Under the pieces are notes generated by a model, which did not search any database, was not told the DNA's origin, and saw only the letters and a program-made list of their open reading frames with translations. DNA of 64,000 nucleotides. It comes from the human T2T-CHM13v2.0 reference genome, Homo sapiens. Location: assembly GCF_009914755.1 (NCBI RefSeq), contig NC_060925.1, one strand, 5' to 3'. Every line of letters starts with the position of its first letter. The stretch's first letter is position 1. Shown in pieces: positions 61,462-64,000 of the stretch. Position numbers and translations under genes: made by a program.

Positions 61462-64000
61462 AGAGAATCCCTTCATCAGTGGATTCTCTGAGTGGGGAAA
61501 AGCGCCTACATAACGAAGTTGGTAAGGTTGGGAAATTAATTAAATCACTCACTCATTCAAAAATACAAATGAAGCATATATGCTAAGCAATGCCCTCCTT
61601 TCATCATGGAGTGTAATACCTATTGACCTCAACCTGACAAACATACAATTGGAGTTTGTATACACATACAACCATGCTGTTGGTTGTGGGTGGAGAATGA
61701 AAGAAAAGAAACACTGTTGTATGTTGGAAATGTTGCTTTCTTTGTCCCTTTTTTCTACACCAACATAAAGATAATTGTCATTTTCGCTTGTTAATTGACT
61801 AATTATGTTTTGGTTCCATAATGTGCCAGTATTTGCATTTTTAGTCTGTTATCTCTTTCCCTGTAATCAAAGGGCCTTTTTTTCTCTAGAATTTCCTACA
61901 TCAGCAAACATTTTAGAGGTAACTGCATTACTGAACAATTATAATTACTTTTGACAGATTGAGTACTTTTAATATTACTTCTCTCCTGTTCTAACTCTCT
62001 TTTTCTTACCTCTCTATAGTCCAGTCTCTTATTTGAACATATCTCTCTTTCTTCCCCCAAATCTCCCCTCTGTCTGGAATATTATACTCTACTTCTCTGA
62101 CTAGTAAAATCTAACTCAGCTTTGGAGACCCTGCTCAACGTGAAGCCCCCAGGAGAAATGTCCTCTGGTAAGAGGCCTTTCCCTACTCCTTTAATAAAAG
62201 TAGACATTTTCTCTCAAGATCTCAGAGTGTACTGTCCTTATCTCTATGAAAGCACTTGCCATGCTATATTGTATTTAATGCAATGTCTGTACTTCCAAAT
62301 AGACTATAACTATCTAAGGGCAGGAACTAAAGTATCTCATTTAATGTGATCATGTGTTTGTTGCATGGATAAATGAAATAAGAAGGGATTCCTGGCTGCT
62401 TCTTCCAGGCCTGTATCCCTTTGTCTTTAAGCCCTGGAGGAGTCGACCCTACATTGGCAAAAAACATTTAGCATGTCCCTTCCTCTCTCTGAGTACTGCT
62501 ACCTATCCTATATCCCAAGGCTATCGAATGCATATTTTAAACTTTACAGAAAATACCATGTTATTTAGTATTTTACCATTTTTAGGGTAGGGCATAGTAA
62601 TGTGTTCCTATCTCTCCTATATTTTTTCTAACCAATGTTTTCTCTAATTTTTAAACCCTTTCACGGAGGCGTTTTGTATTTTAGGTGCTGTCATTCAGAG
62701 TCCACAGGATGGATGAATGGATATGAAAATGAACAAACGTGTGACACAACACTGCATGATTTACCGGCAATGACTTTCTGATCAAGCCTGAAGTGGGTTG
62801 TAGCCTCTTTATTTACTTTTTATTTGACACATAGCAGAGAGAGATTTAAACTATCTCTTATTGGCCTTTTCCCTGCGTCTTAGCTTGGTTTCTGTCAGTG
62901 TTTCCCAGCATCGAGAAATAAGGACTAATCTGTCATATTAGATCTAAACTCTAAAAGAAAAGGACTTTGGGCCTTATATCTGCCACCCATTCTTTCAATG
63001 GAGGTGACACCCCTCATTTCTATATTTCCAGTCATCTCTCAATGAAAAGGAACATGCAGACTGGCTCGCCTTTGGAGAGCACCCCACACAGTTTTGAGGA
63101 GCTCTGCAGCTCTGCTTGCCCTTTCTGCATCACAGCAGATCCAAAAGGTGAAAAAAAAAAAAACAAAAAAAGGAGGGGGTTGGGGTGTTAGCATCCTTGC
63201 TTCCCCCACCAGCACCACACAGCTGTTTGGAGGTTTAGTCTTCAAAAGCCTCTTGATTACCATGCAAACTCTCCATGTCTTAAAAAAAAATACACACAGT
63301 ATACATGAGAATGCTAAGCATAAAATTTGAAGAATAGGCTGTTAATTCTTAGGCACATGTTATATGGTGCATATCCTTTGCCCACAGAAATATCTGGTAA
63401 GATGTACAGAAAGTATTGGTGAAATATTTCTACTTACAAATTGAGGGAAGATGGGGTAAACCCATGTCAACACAAAATTTTTTGAGATTAGAATTTTACT
63501 TTTTTTTTTCTGTCAAAAGTTATCAATTCCAATTCCAGAATGAGAGAAACCCCAGTATCTCACAGACTATTTACACATTATTTATGTGGGACCTGCTTGC
63601 TGGGTATCCCTGAGGGGGCACCAAAGAGCTATTTCTTTCTTCCTTTTTTTTTTTTTTTTTAGAGCACAAGCGTGTAAGAAATTCTGGCTGCCTGTTTCTG
63701 GGCTATTTAAATCCCAGTAGACATGCTCTCTTGTACAGACTTCCTGGGCTCAACCCAGCTCACAGGGAGCTGGGGAATCTGTATTACATTATCAGTTATT
63801 GTTTTTGGTCAAATCTAAGGACAAACATATGAAGAAGCAGAGCATGCAGCACTGGTTCAGGAGGTTCAAGCAACATTATCAGATTCTTGTTGAGAAACAA
63901 ATGGTTGTTACTGTGCCACCGCACACTGCAGACAATTCCTAGATATCGAGAGAGGTCCAAGCTAGCAACAGAGAATTTAATACTAGCTGCTGGACCGGGA

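Noticed and set aside
61405-61490. CRISPR-like array
   Set aside because: Eukaryotic DNA with a head-to-tail repeat and no spacers.

Overview
This is repeat-rich primate DNA, most likely human, with many AluJ/S/Y, L1PA/PB/M, L2, MIR, MER and LTR elements. It carries the 5' part of a PDE4DIP (myomegalin)-type gene on the minus strand. A first coding exon at 43562-43702 (MSNGYRTLSQHLNDLKKENFSLKLLIYFLEERMQQKYEASREDIYKR) encodes the CM1/gamma-TuNA core. About 41 kb further along the minus strand lie two more exons (2295-2418 and 1930-2105), plus a read-through stop and poly(A) signal typical of the short isoform. Compared with PDE4DIP as I recall it, this copy has R25L, A74G and A167T. I could not find the 77-nt exon 2 (NIELKVEVESLKRELQDKKQHLDKTW). 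This points to a segmental-duplication paralog/pseudogene of the 1q21/1p11-12 family, in which exon1-to-exon3 splicing reads ...IYKR-G-stop, a 48-aa CM1-only micropeptide. The intron holds a four-level nested retroelement stack (MER4A-type solo LTR > L1PB > Alu > 5'-inverted young L1PA). It also holds a reused Alu target site that created a near-abutting inverted Alu pair, and several local templated-insertion or duplication scars. Repeat subfamily names and PDE4DIP comparisons come from memory of consensus sequences, not from searches.
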